A stretch of DNA of 62,706 nucleotides, the filler included, from Sphacelaria rigidula (lineage: Eukaryota): assembly GCA_964200075.2 (NCBI GenBank). It is 6 parts of 6 records of this genome, joined end to end, with 100 filler letters (N's around TTAATTAATTAA, not from the genome) between each part and the next. Parts side by side here need not be neighbours in the genome. Positions count along the whole stretch, not along the records: positions 31,406 to 41,772 come from CAXNAA020006638.1; positions 41,873 to 52,239 come from CAXNAA020006639.1; 4 more parts are not named here. One strand, written 5' to 3'. Positions 38,101 to 49,859 of the stretch are shown here, piece after piece. Position 1 is the stretch's first letter, and each line of letters opens with the position of its first letter. The notes under the pieces were generated by a model. The model did not search any database, was not told the origin of the DNA, and worked only from the letters and a program-made list of their open reading frames with translations. The translations under genes and the position numbers were made by a program.

Positions 38101-40759
38101 TCTTCGGCCTCAGATTACGCTCCGAATTAAGGGAGAAGAACATAGGGTACCTGCCACAGGCGGCGATGAGGGGGGGGGATGGGGGGTCGGAATATTCTTC
38201 ACTTTACAAGCAACTCCTTAAGATCGGGATCACGGCAAAAAAAAACAGAACAACATAAGCATACTAGGAAACGTCCAAACGCCTCGCTGGTGCAGAAATT
38301 GCGAAGACAGCTTTCGAGTATCCTTCCTTTTCATCGGTCAGTCGTTATTTCCACAACATTGAAATGAACACTTTCGGGTAGTCGCCCTGTGCGATCATGC
38401 CAGCGGTCTCTGTTGGCGAGAGTTTCGTGCGCAGATGGTAAGTTTTATCCTCACAAGTCTCTAGCTGATGCATGCCCGCGCAGCAGCGATGACGCGTGGT
38501 GAGATTATCAAGAAGTCCACGGCGAAGCACCGTGCGTCCGCTGTAGCCACAGAACCTATCGCTACTGTCATGGGCTAGTCAAACAGGTGCGGATGGCCAA
38601 AGTGGGAAGCCAGAGTACACGCTCTTCATCGATGGCCATGCTGTGTGGTCACCAAGAGATCCGCCGCTGATCGTTTTGGCTCCTTTGAAAACACAGAAGA
38701 CGGCCAGATATTGGCGAAAACCGAATTCTCGCGTGCGGCAAGGGCTGTTGCTGGCAAACATTGCAGAAGCCACTGCGCATACTGCCACCACCGTCTGCGC
38801 GCGGTAGAGTGCGTGCTACATCAAGCCTCGCTGTGTCAGCACTACCACTGTGCGCTTTGCGGCCGCAGCGCAATCGACTGTAACCGAAGATACCATTTCA
38901 GCCGTTTTCTGCCCTAATTCCGCCGCACATGTCACCTTCAACTCTTTAAACTTTGCAGCTGACTACAGTTTGGTATTCCTCTTTGCGTGCTTGCGAGCCC
39001 CTGTCGTCGCTGGTACGCGTGTTGCTTTCGTTGTGCCAAACATGAGAACCTAGATGGCCTCCTGTCTAGTTCTGTGTTGGTTCACCGGCCGTCGGGAACG
39101 GCCCAGAGGAGGCCGGTGGCGAGACCTATTTTTTGCTGAACTAAAAATCATATTACTCACCCCGAGAACCTACTTTCACTAGCTATCAATGTGCTTCTAA
39201 TCGTGTATACACACGGCTCGCCACACTTGCACCACCTGAAACCTGAGCAGACGCTTTTTCTTCCTCGATAGACCAGGGACGGTATTAGAAATGCGAGCCT
39301 ACGTGTGTGACCACGGGTTCGACAGATCGGGCTAATAAAACAAGAATATTGATGATGATAATAGGGCAATGACCTAGAAAAGGTATAACTTCTCGGGTCT
39401 TGCCCCAAAAAGGTACGAAAAACGACCAGAAACGCGATAACAGCCGAACACTCAATCTAGACCGATTTCGCTCCGAACTTGTCACGCACAGCAATCGGGG
39501 GGTTCCTCGTCACCCGGGCCTCGAAAAAAAACAGAAAAAAAAAATGTGTTATTCAAGAGATATGGTCATGCGCAGAAGGACGCCTGGCCTCCACAAACCA
39601 CTCTCCCTTTCTGGGCCAAATTTCGGCCAGGTATACTTGATGCAGGAAGTATTTTTCAATCGTATTTTATCTGGGCCACCAGTCGGCCCAGAAAGTACCT
39701 GTCCTGGGCCATCGCTTCCCACCCTGTACCTGATGCGGCACACTGCGCGCAAGGGACTCTGTGCCCAAACTCCAACCACGGCGCCCATACATACATCCGG
39801 CTCTTTTCCCGCCCATTCGCCGTTCACAAACGCCACAACGACCACATGTTACTAACCCTAACGCCACAACCATCAACCCTTTTGGGACCAGACTCCCCAC
39901 ACCGGTTTGTTTGTGGTACTTTTCCACACTTTCCCCCACAACCGTGTGTGAACGGCAGGTGTCCATTTGTGTTGTTTTCAAGTCAAAATGATGTCAATTC
40001 ACCTTTTCGTGACTTATAATAGCATCACTGAGACTTGAAAACATGATTAATGGACACCTGTCACCAATGAGATCGTGGGGGGAGAGGGTCCCAAAGGGGT
40101 TGATATGGAACATGACACCAGCCCCAGATCGCAACGGCACGATGATACGTCAACACTACGTGAGCACAAAAGACCAACGCGTTGTGAGTTGTGAGTCAAG
40201 TTCTTGTGTCGATGCGGACGGGCTCGGGAACCATTCCCGGGGAGCAAGGGATCTGGATGTTGTGCAATAGTGAACGGCGAATGGGCGGGAAAAAAGAGCC
40301 GAACGTGTGGGCGTCATGGTTGGAGTTGGCGCGTAGATTCCCTTGCAGGCAGTGTACTCCATCAGGTACAGTGTGGGAAGCGATGGCACAGGACAGGTAC
40401 TCCCTGGGCCGATTGGTGGTCCAGATAAGGTACGATCGAAAAATACTTCCTACTGATGAATACCTGGTCGAAATTTGGCCTAGAGAGGGCAAGTAGTTTG
40501 TGGATGCGAGATGTCCTTCTGCGCATGGCCACATTTCGTGAATAACATGTTTTGTTTTCGAGGCCCGGGTGCCGAGGAGCCCCTCGATTGCTATGCGTGA
40601 AAAATTCGGAGCGAAATCGGTCTAGATTGAGTGTTTTGCTGTTTTCGCATTTCTGGTCATTTTTCGTACCTTTCTTAGGCAAGATACGAGAAGGTATACC
40701 TTTTCTAGGGCATTGCCCATGATAATAATAAGTATAGTGATAAATCATAATATCGAAAT

Positions 40760-40805
<46 letters not shown>

Positions 40806-41198
40806 ATAATGACAATAAATAGGATGACAACAATGATACGCCGCAGTAGCCAGTGGGATGCCGCAAAAGAAAAGCAAGAACTAAAGAACGAAAAATAAAC
40901 GAAAATCGGGATCAATGTCCCATCTCTCGTTCTCACAGCCAGAATGTATATACGCCGTCAAAAACCATAACGTCTTCCTTCATTTGTTTCAGCGCAAATC
41001 CCTCCCTCAACCCCCCGTGCTATACCTCTCAATCATGTCGATGACCATCTCTCGCTTCATCTGTAGATTTTCCGCCATCCAATCTATTTTCGGCTCCAGA
41101 TTCCGCTCCACGCTGCTCACCAATACCCCTGGGTTTGCGCTGATCACGGATGCAGCCTCCCTTCGCGATAGATGTAGCCCATCGATCAGCCACACCAT
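35170..41198 (-). CDS. mTERF-family (mitochondrial/plastid transcription termination factor) protein, internal exons only
   Basis: Exons 41198-41026 (MVWLIDGLHLSRREAASVISANPGVLVSSVERNLEPKIDWM), 38150-37997 (YPMFFSLNSERNLRPKIDWL..QPSLLGMSVDGNIAPK) and 35231-35170 (VQWLQDRLGMSKKRAWEVIG) join in phase and show P.L..S...L.PK..WL mTERF repeats. Ends not located. Confidence 0.85.
35417..35560 (+). mobile_element. tRNA-derived SINE-like head (Pol III A and B boxes)
   Basis: A box TGGCGTAGCTGG (35424-35435) and B box GGTTCAAATCC (35469-35479) at tRNA-like spacing, without a good cloverleaf. Confidence 0.5.
39364..40718. mobile_element. Foldback Mutator-like element in an mTERF intron
   Basis: GGGCAATG...CATTGCCC termini, ~470-bp TIRs plus inner inverted blocks, and a perfect 9-bp TSD ATGATAATA (39355-63, 40719-27). 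Confidence 0.9.
40759..40803. repeat. (CAA)n microsatellite
   Basis: Direct reading. Confidence 0.9.
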
Positions 41199-41610
41199 CT
41201 GCCAAGTACGGTCGGACGACTTTCACATACCTGAATGATTTGATCGATTGATTATCCAGCACCCATCGATCCGCAACGAGATCTAGCCGTAGTTAAAAGG
41301 TAGATATACAGCGGGCTTTCCTAGCGAAAGTGTGGGGGGTTGCCAGCCCAAGGCAACTGCATCATGTTGGAAACCCGCACTATTCCGGTAAAGTGCAATT
41401 TCCTGATATTAGTGTATCGGATAGCATTCGTGACATTTCATTTTGACCGCGCCATGGTGAGACTCCTCTGTCCTGTGCGTAAGGGGAATCATGGACAGCA
41501 TTGGCGACGGGAAACTCGAGTACGAAAGGGGGCAAAGAAGAGAATGTCGCCTCACAAAAAGCGCGTACCCTACAAGAAATATACATAAATTCATGTATAT
41601 ATACACAAGG

Positions 41611-41745
41611 ATCGGACGGGGCCGCCTATCGGCGACCCCGTCCTCCACGATAGGCGTGGAAAGGGATTAACCCCTCTGGGACTGAAGCTCACTAACACCA
41701 CGTTCACGACGTGTTGCCTTAGTCGTTTGACCATTGACCACGCAT
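41611..41745. repeat. Structured, tRNA-like/SINE-like repeat (29-bp identical piece at 31256-31284)
   Basis: Several stems are visible. gttgccttagtcgtttgaccattgaccac occurs at both sites. Confidence 0.5.
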
Positions 41746-41980
41746 CTCTTTCGAGACGGAGCACCGTTCCTANNNNNNNNNNNNNNNNNNNNNNNNNNNN
41801 NNNNNNNNNNNNNNNNTTAATTAATTAANNNNNNNNNNNNNNNNNNNNNNNNNNNNNNNNNNNNNNNNNNNNGGACATCGTTAAGGGCTCGTACAAACAT
41901 AACGATACAGACTTATGGGACAGAGGAAGTATACTCTTGAATATTAAAACCACACATCTCCGCGTTTCATTCCAAAATAG

Positions 41981-43132
41981 GTGACGACTCTTCTGGGTTC
42001 CCCGGCACCAGTTAAGTCCATTTCTCTCTCCAAGCTTGCACGGTCGGGCGGCTCCGACGCTCTGGGGACGCAAGAAGGAATCCCGCTCGCCGCACCAAAC
42101 CAGGACGGCGTCCGCGCCCTGCCCGCAGTCGAGGTCGCTGCTGGGTTCTATACAGCAGAATTCGGCGTAGACGTAGATGGTAAGATCCTGCAGGCGAAGC
42201 TCCAGGTGGCGGTGTCCTCAACCGCAGTGCTCGCAGAGACGAGAGTGGCCGTGAGCGGGAGCCGGAGCCCTCCGCTGTCCACTGATCCGACCACGGTGTC
42301 CGCCAGCTACACCCTGGCACCGGGCGAGAAGTTACCCTCTAACGCTCAGGCCAACACGCTGGATGGCCACCACCTCCACATTGGGTTCTCGTTGGAGGGC
42401 GGCGCTGCCGCCGCGCCGCACCAGGCGTTCGTGCGCTTTACACACGTGCAGACGGGGTTGGACACGTTCTTCGTGGCCGCACCCGACCGCTCCGCGGCTA
42501 GCGGCGGCGGTGGCGGCGGAGGGATTTCCATCGGCCGATTTTCCGTGTCGGTGGCGCTTGGCGAGGAGACAGGCACCTTTCTGCAGAGATCAGGGGCCTA
42601 CGAGGTGGCTGTGATCGTTGGTGGACCGCTCGTGGCGCCCCCCGTATCGGAGACGCTCGGGGCGATTAACCTAGACTTCCCCGCCGCGAAGGAACGGAGC
42701 TGGCCCCTCTACGCACGGTCCCTGTTGCACGAGTCCGACGTTACGCTCGAACCGCTCCCTGAGAAGCACCACACGTTCCGGCAACCGGAAGCGCGGCCGC
42801 CTGCGGGGGTTTCTCTCCTGTTCACTATACTGGCGCTGGCGCCGCTGGCAGCATTCGTGGGGTGGCTACGAAATGGGGGCGGAGACTTGAGGCGGCTTCC
42901 CCACTCGGAGAGCGGAAGACTGTGGTGCCTGGCGTATCAGGCATCCATGGTGGCGGTTGTGGGGCTGTTTGTGACGTACTGGTTCGCCCTGACCATGTCG
43001 TACACGCTGCAGTTGTTGGCAATGCTGTCCCTGGTGACCACGTGGACGGGTAGGCAAGCGTTGCAGGCCCTTGTGGTGGAGGAGAAGGCGGTGTCGGCAC
43101 AGGGAGGTAGTGCGCACAAGAAGGTTGACTGA
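41981..43132 (+). CDS. RPN2: Ribophorin II / Swp1 (oligosaccharyltransferase subunit), terminal exon
   Basis: aaatag acceptor followed by a 383-codon exon. PHQAFVRFTH, SGAYEVAVIVG and LPEKHHTFRQPEARPP are followed by three TM helices, typical of the RPN2 C-terminus. Ends KKVD-TGA. Confidence 0.9.
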   Translation: MTTLLGSPAPVKSISLSKLARSGGSDALGTQEGIPLAAPNQDGVRALPAVEVAAGFYTAEFGVDVDGKILQAKLQVAVSSTAVLAETRVAVSGSRSPPLSTDPTTVSASYTLAPGEKLPSNAQANTLDGHHLHIGFSLEGGAAAAPHQAFVRFTHVQTGLDTFFVAAPDRSAASGGGGGGGISIGRFSVSVALGEETGTFLQRSGAYEVAVIVGGPLVAPPVSETLGAINLDFPAAKERSWPLYARSLLHESDVTLEPLPEKHHTFRQPEARPPAGVSLLFTILALAPLAAFVGWLRNGGGDLRRLPHSESGRLWCLAYQASMVAVVGLFVTYWFALTMSYTLQLLAMLSLVTTWTGRQALQALVVEEKAVSAQGGSAHKKVD

Positions 43133-44145
43133 TGGGATTGCATGTATTTCCGATCTTGGAGACTAGTCCAGAAAAGGAGGCCCGGGCAGTGACGGTGGGG
43201 GGCAGGGGTGTGTTTCGGCGAAACATGGAAGATTTCGAGTCTTGTTGGTAGTACAAGTTTTTTTTTTGTTTTTCCTCACAAATAAAAGCTGCATGGCTTC
43301 GTTTGTGTTTCGGGATGCTGTGGGATGTTTATGGTTCTAACCGACTGTTGTGCTGTATCTGGTATGGAGCTAGTACTGTGTTATGCGTCCTGCACTTGCT
43401 TAACAAATTCTGACGTCAGAATCAATGAACTTGTAAGTACATTTTCACGTGAAATACTTTGTTTTGAAATAGTTCGGGATATATATCACTGTAGTACGCG
43501 CCGTCCGTCATCGATTGCGGGTAAAAAATTAGATTGGTCGGCGAGGGGCTGTGGGGTAGGCCGGGAAGGTAGCAAGGCAAAAGCAGAGTCGTCAGTCTTC
43601 TCTGTATGTACGTGGTTGCTGTACGTTTCTGCCGACCATCGAGCTCAAGGTTGCACGGTAATACCGCGGTCACGTGGGGGGAATGTTGTGTGAGGCAGAC
43701 CTCCGAGAACAGATGAATACCTTGCGAATGACACGGCCGCGGGCACTCTCTTCCATAACGGCCCGTGATAGTACACACAATTTGACGCCTTCATGTGTTT
43801 TCACATTCTTGATGGTGACTAGGGTAGCTAGCCATCACACGAGGAGCAGTCGAGGCCTCACGTGTTGGGTTGGGTCCATGAGGGCGTCTGTCTCCCAGAT
43901 CCCACCGTCACCTTCTGACTTGACACACGTCCAACGTTCATCGATGCGGTCGACGAGTCCATAAACCCGACGCTATTGGTTCCTGTTGCCAACCAAAGGC
44001 AAGGTGTACGTGCACTGTACGTGTTGCTTTTATTTCGAGCCGTGACTCGTGTGCTGCAGTTCGCCCAGGAAGCAAGTATAGCGCACGTTGGTACCCTTTA
44101 TATCCTGTGCCAAGAATATGTCATTCTCTACTCCCCTGTGATTCA

Positions 44146-47100
44146 TCACACTTCTCTTGATCGTGTTTCCAAGGCCCTCAGGGCCGACCGACTTTCCCTG
44201 AGGAAGAAATCTCCAACGTCCTCCTCTTCTGGGGAGGTTGGTCTACACCGCACGGCTTGCTTGAAGCTAGCCTCGGCTTGTTTCGAATCTCCTTTCGCCA
44301 GCGCTACCAGGGCGCGACAGTAGTGATTTCGCCGGCAACGCGGATCGATTTTCAGTGCTGCCTCGAAATGAATCTTTTTTTTTTGTCGCGAATAAATGAA
44401 CGTTTTGTCGCACGAGTGAGCAGGAGGCCCGCGCGAAGTCAATTGGGGAAACACGAAGCAACGGGCGCGCAAGGCGGGGGAAGTGGTGTGAAATTTGTCA
44501 ACACGCTGAGTTGTGTTTCACTCAGGCATCATACAAACATGGCGGTGAGACTGAAAGGAACAGTGTTTTCGTGAGATCGAGAGTAGGGGATACGATTGAG
44601 AGTGAAAAGCGATCAATTAGTGAGATGATACCGGAGCAGACCCTACACGTTCGACACGCTTTATAGTGTCAGGGTACATTTATTGTGCATAATTACATTC
44701 AAGCCCATCGCACATACGTACGTGAAATCTCGGACGACTTTCACATGCAAGTTGCGGTACACCGAGGGGCAAAACAATTACAAGATACACTATTTTCTCT
44801 GTGCCATGAGTAAAGGTCCTTATGGGCATTTAATCGTTCGGGTATTTCAACCTTGACGATCATTCTATGGTTGGGTTCGTTAGAGAGAGCGCAGACAAAG
44901 CTGATGAAGAAAGAAAACGAAGGAGAAAATGAAGAGACAAAAACCTTGTTTTCATCACTAAAATCATGTCGAAAAATTCCACATTTTGACCCTTTTCGAT
45001 CCATTTATACCCCATCCATAATTGATGGATTTTGGACGTTTCCACGTCGAGCACTAGCAATTACATGCTAACAAAATGTTGGATAGGGCGTGCGTAGGTC
45101 AACAGCACGGACATGTCCAAAATCAAAGGTGGTTTCGCGATTTTCACATTTTCTGCCCCATTTTTCGCGATTTTTCGTGTTCCTGAGTCTTTCCTGCTTC
45201 CCTGGGAAAACGAGCGAAAAGTGGCCGATTTTGGACCGACCTACTTTTTCTCGGCCGCGCGGCTGCATGGGTCAAGCACCTACCTTGTAGGAAGAATGTT
45301 GGTTTTAGCTAAAAAAACGCCGACGAATAGAACGAAAAATCGAAAATCGAATATCACACCGCTAAGGGTCCGTGCAATTATGAGGACATTCACTCATGGA
45401 CGACAGGCGCCGAAAAACCTTCAGGAGGAAAAAAGCGAACGGGAGAGGGTAGAGCGAAGTCGAGCACCCAAACAGGAATCTCTTGGTGATTCTTCATTAT
45501 TCGGGCAGCGCGTGCAACGTGTGTGCTTCTGCTTCGGCGTTTCCAACATAAACGGAAGATGAGAAGCGGGTAAAGCGCATTTTTGAGCGCAAGAACAAAA
45601 TAAATCGTTCACCAAGAGATGGGGACAAAAAAACGAAAAACATGGAAAACATGGATGTAAAACTGCCGTTGAAAAAAAGAAGAAAATATGCAGTGCTTGA
45701 CCAAGAAAAAAAGATGGGCGTTCGGTCGTCATCCAATACAGCAGCAGCCCGCTCATACTGAAACGAAGTTTTGTGGGAAAATCAGGCCGAGATGTCCAAA
45801 AAAATAAGTGTTCGGCATCAGCGACGACCGCTACACGAAGTCCAATACAGTATGCCTTTGCGACAGACGAGAAACTCAAGCTCAACCTGATCTTCAGTTT
45901 CTTGTGAGCGGGCCGCTACTGTACTTCAATACCATAGAAATTGATTGACAGGTGAAGTACTCATAAGTATCGTTCGCTTGCTTCGGCTGAGAATCCGGCT
46001 TGCCCGTCATGTACTCGATGATTCTTACCTTTATCTGGGTCTAAGCCAGACACGCGCAGCCGGTGGTTGTGCAATGAAGCAAACTCCACCACCCACACTT
46101 CAAGACCACAGCACCAGATTACAATCTGCACTAGATTCAGAGACACAGTAGTACTACGATGAACCCCACGTTCCGGCGAAAGCTGCGAGAGGTTAATCAG
46201 CGCACCTGAGCTTTGCCGAGGTCGTGCACCGGCCACGGTGCCGCAAGATAAAAGGCCCCCATAAACGTGTGGCCGACACCACCTTGGTATTTCGGATGTT
46301 GGGCAATGAGGGGCCAAACATTTCGCTTGAAGGCGATAGCGTCTGCTTGGAGAGCAGCCTTGAGGATGCCTTTGGAACTGGAGAGATACGTGGACGCTTC
46401 GGCCTGCATGAAACGAAACTGTTGGAGCGTCATTGCCGTGCGGGAAAAGGGTAGGTACGCGAGTAGGGGAGGGGGGGGGGGGGGGTACTTATGATTTTGT
46501 ATGTCATAATTCATAAGACTATTGACCTCGCATCCCTACGAAGCCGGGACGGAGCACGCCGGGTTTTCGCCGGACCAGGGGGGGAATCATATTCGAGACT
46601 CTTCATTAGTCGTGTGGAGGGACAGTTTTTTCACTTCTGTTGCTTGGCTCAGCGATTTGAACGCATTCTGTTCTTTCGGAAGTGCTTGTTCACGATTTCC
46701 ACGGGGTGTTTCAACTGACTCTGAGACTGATTTCTTCGTACGTGGTGCAGTCAACAAACTCTGGCTGCCTTCTTCGCGGTGACATCATGATCACGTTCTC
46801 CACTGGTGCAGCCGTGGCTCCCTACTGGTGTAGACGTGAACACAGATACCCAAACCGAACGACACAAGCGCGACAAAAGAAGTGTACTACAGCATCGAAG
46901 CGTGACTTGATTGTACGTAATACCCGATGACTGCTGTTTCTAACTTGATGAACACAGAGGAGAAAGCTCCCTTGCAGCAAAAAAGATACTGCAGTAGTAA
47001 ACGCCTCAAAATACTCGCCTTCGCTAGATCGTACGAGTTCTGCTTGTCCTCGGCGTACTCAGCCGCCGATTTGAGCAGCCGAAGCGCCTCGGGCGCGTAC

Positions 47101-48532
47101 TTTTTCCAAATCTTTCTGCTGCCGGGGCTATCTCCAGGGCCAACGCTGCCCGTGGCCGCCCGGGGAAAATTCCCGTTGGTAGTTCGTCGCACCCACTTCA
47201 GGAGAGCCTCGGCGGTTGCAAGCTGCACGCTGGCATCATCTGGGTTCCTAGCGAGTTTCGATTGCTGTGTCTCGTACTATTGTATTCGATCGGTTCGGTC
47301 ATGATCGTGGGCGACGATATCGGATTGCGTTTCCCGGGGAAAAGTCGAGCGAGGAGGTGCAGAGCAGCGCGGCGAATGTCAAGGAAGGAAGGCAGAAAGG
47401 TCCGATTCGAGGGGGGTCGCGGGGGAAATGTTCCAAGAGACAGAGACAGCCTAAAACATTCACTGTCGAACAAAGTTGGGAAATAGCTTTGTATGTATAT
47501 GTGTTCAGTTGAACCAAGATTTGACTCACCGGTGACGAGTGACATAATAGAATCTTCTCTACTTCATAAGGGGGCATTCTCATCATCATATAAAACATGA
47601 TCACTATGCAAAACATCTGGCCGGAACACGAACCCGCTCGCGGGGTACGTGTTGGGTATGCTTTACTCCTTTCTTCAAGGAGGAAAAAAACTTCTACTCG
47701 GATCTGCAGTCCAGAGGAGAGGCTTGTTTCATGGACCATGGACCTTCCACTAGCACAGGGATTAACCCCCGGCTGTGCGTGATGGGGTACATCAAATTCT
47801 TGTTTTTTTTTTTACACACTTTTAACCCCTACCTTACCTCGGGATGAGTTCGTGGTCTCAAGAGATTAACTCACCCCTCACCCGCACCTGTGTTTGCAAC
47901 TACGGTTGTGCAGAAACAAATATCTGAAACACGACACTTCGGACAAGTTGCTCGTGAAAAATCGCGGGATGCTCTAGAGATGAACAAAAATGTGACCGCT
48001 GGGTGATTGGGTGTCCCTGATTCAATCTCTTGGAGATAAATGAACACAGCATGCTGACAGCTAGCCTGTGCTCTGCGAATAGAGATTAGCCACCATTTGA
48101 ACGGGGTGGCAAATGCCACGTTTGCACCGCCGTTCGACAAACAGCAACAGACGTGTAAAGGGGGTGCGAGAGGACTCGGTGCGTACGCAAGCGGTGCGGT
48201 TCCCACGTGCCTGGCATGAGAATACTGATGTAGATTACTTGAGCAAAATTGTGCAGAGCAGAGACCGTGGCTTGACTTACCGCCGCCCAAGACCTGTCGC
48301 CTCCCACGCCCGCAGAGTGTTTCATCGAAGAGAGCCACTGTGAAGCCGAACTGCCGGCAAATTTTGATGTCCAGGTTTTGCTGGCTGTGGGAGACTGCGC
48401 GACCGTTTTCGTTGTGGCAAGCAGTAGAACAAAAAACGCCCCGCGTAGCAAGGACCTAGTAGGAGTGCTGAGGCGTGATTGGAGAAGTCGTAGATCGCAA
48501 CAGCGTGCGGATGCAGCGGCGATGGACATCAT
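44146..48532 (-). CDS. TPR-like helical repeat protein with N-terminal hydrophobic segment, 4 exons (~310 aa)
   Basis: Exons 48532-48281, 47264-47019, 46418(or 46403)-46206, 44373-44146(TGA), all phase 0. TPR-like text: HTFMGAFYLAAPWPVHDLGKAQIHFEAALKIDP..NHYCRALVALAKGDSKQAEASFKQAV. Intron 2 needs a GC donor. Confidence 0.75.
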
Positions 48533-49859
48533 GGCAAATGTTGCAGTAGACCTCCCTGTCCGAGGGAGAAGCGGGGTCAAACGACGTAAATCCGTCTTCA
48601 GCGCATAACGGTGATTACTGTCAGTGGCGTGGAGGGCCGTACACTATGCTTCAAGAAATATTCGCCATACAGGACTTGAACGCAACGGGGTTCAGTCCGC
48701 TGAAAGTCCGCTTCATCGTCGTCACCATCGGTGATTGATCTCTGTCGCTTGCCCTGTTTTTGCACCCGTGTAGCGGTATAGACAACAATGCAGACAGGGC
48801 AACACTCTCACTACGTGTCGCGCAGTATAACACCCCTATTTCCCACAGGAGACAGGTTTTGAAAAAGCAATATCATCGGCCACGGAATGACAAACTGGGT
48901 GAATGGAAGGGCCCCAAGGATATCTTCCAATGCACAAGATTTGTGGAGCATTTGGCCCCCCTTCTGGAGAGAAATGAAGGCTGGAAGACTAATCACCATC
49001 GCGTTACTTTCGGGGAGGTTGCAAGTGTTCATGATTGGTTTCGTGCTGCTGTTTCGCTACAAACAAACCCTGCAAGCCACATCCAGCACAAATCATCACT
49101 GCACCAGTATCTGAGTAGTATTCACAGGTATTCTATTGCGCGTTCCCACCCCCTCTCCGCGAGCATGTTCCGGTCAGCCCTCTTGCTTCTGTTCACCGCC
49201 GTCATGTGTCCTATACTATTTTTTCATTACTGTATTTGCCCCACTGGCTTTATTCAGATCCACTGTCAAGCAATTGACGTCTACAGGCCTGTTTTCAGGT
49301 ACTGTACTTTATATTCTACTGTAGATCCTGAAGAAAGCAAGCCACCGTGCCGTAACGACAAGTGAAAGGGGATCTAAAGTCAGCAACTCCCTTGATCAAC
49401 CCTCGCGCTGACAATTTGACGTCGTAAGTAATATTCTGTAAATCAAAATGACGGCAGGATAAACAAGAAGTACGCACGAGTACGTACTCGTTACCCTAGC
49501 AAGAAGAGGATTGATTGATTGCGGTTGGCCGCTGTTGTACAGGTTTCGCCGCACTGGAGTGGAGGTAGTACGGTGCACAGTACAGTATGGTAAATTAATA
49601 ACGACTTTGCTTTTTTTTTCTTCAGATAAGTGCATGCTCGCGCGTGTGTGCTGCCGCTGATCCATGATCGCTGACGCAATGCAGTCAGTATTCATCATAG
49701 CACATGCTGGCGGAGCACGAGTAAGCTGCACCTACGGGATATGTCCGATGGGATGTCTAAAGTGAAATTGAGAACCAAAAACAACAAAGCTAGGAATACA
49801 CCAGGCAGCGTACTTGTAGTCAGTCTCTGGTGCGGCACAACGCTACAGCAGGACCAAGT

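Noticed and set aside
41650..41745. Functional tRNA or tRNA-Sec gene
   Set aside because: Lacks the canonical TTC T-loop and the arm sizes are non-standard; kept only as a structured repeat.
41198..41981. mTERF and RPN2 as a divergent gene pair
   Set aside because: Separated by a spacer; both are internal or terminal exons of separate contigs.
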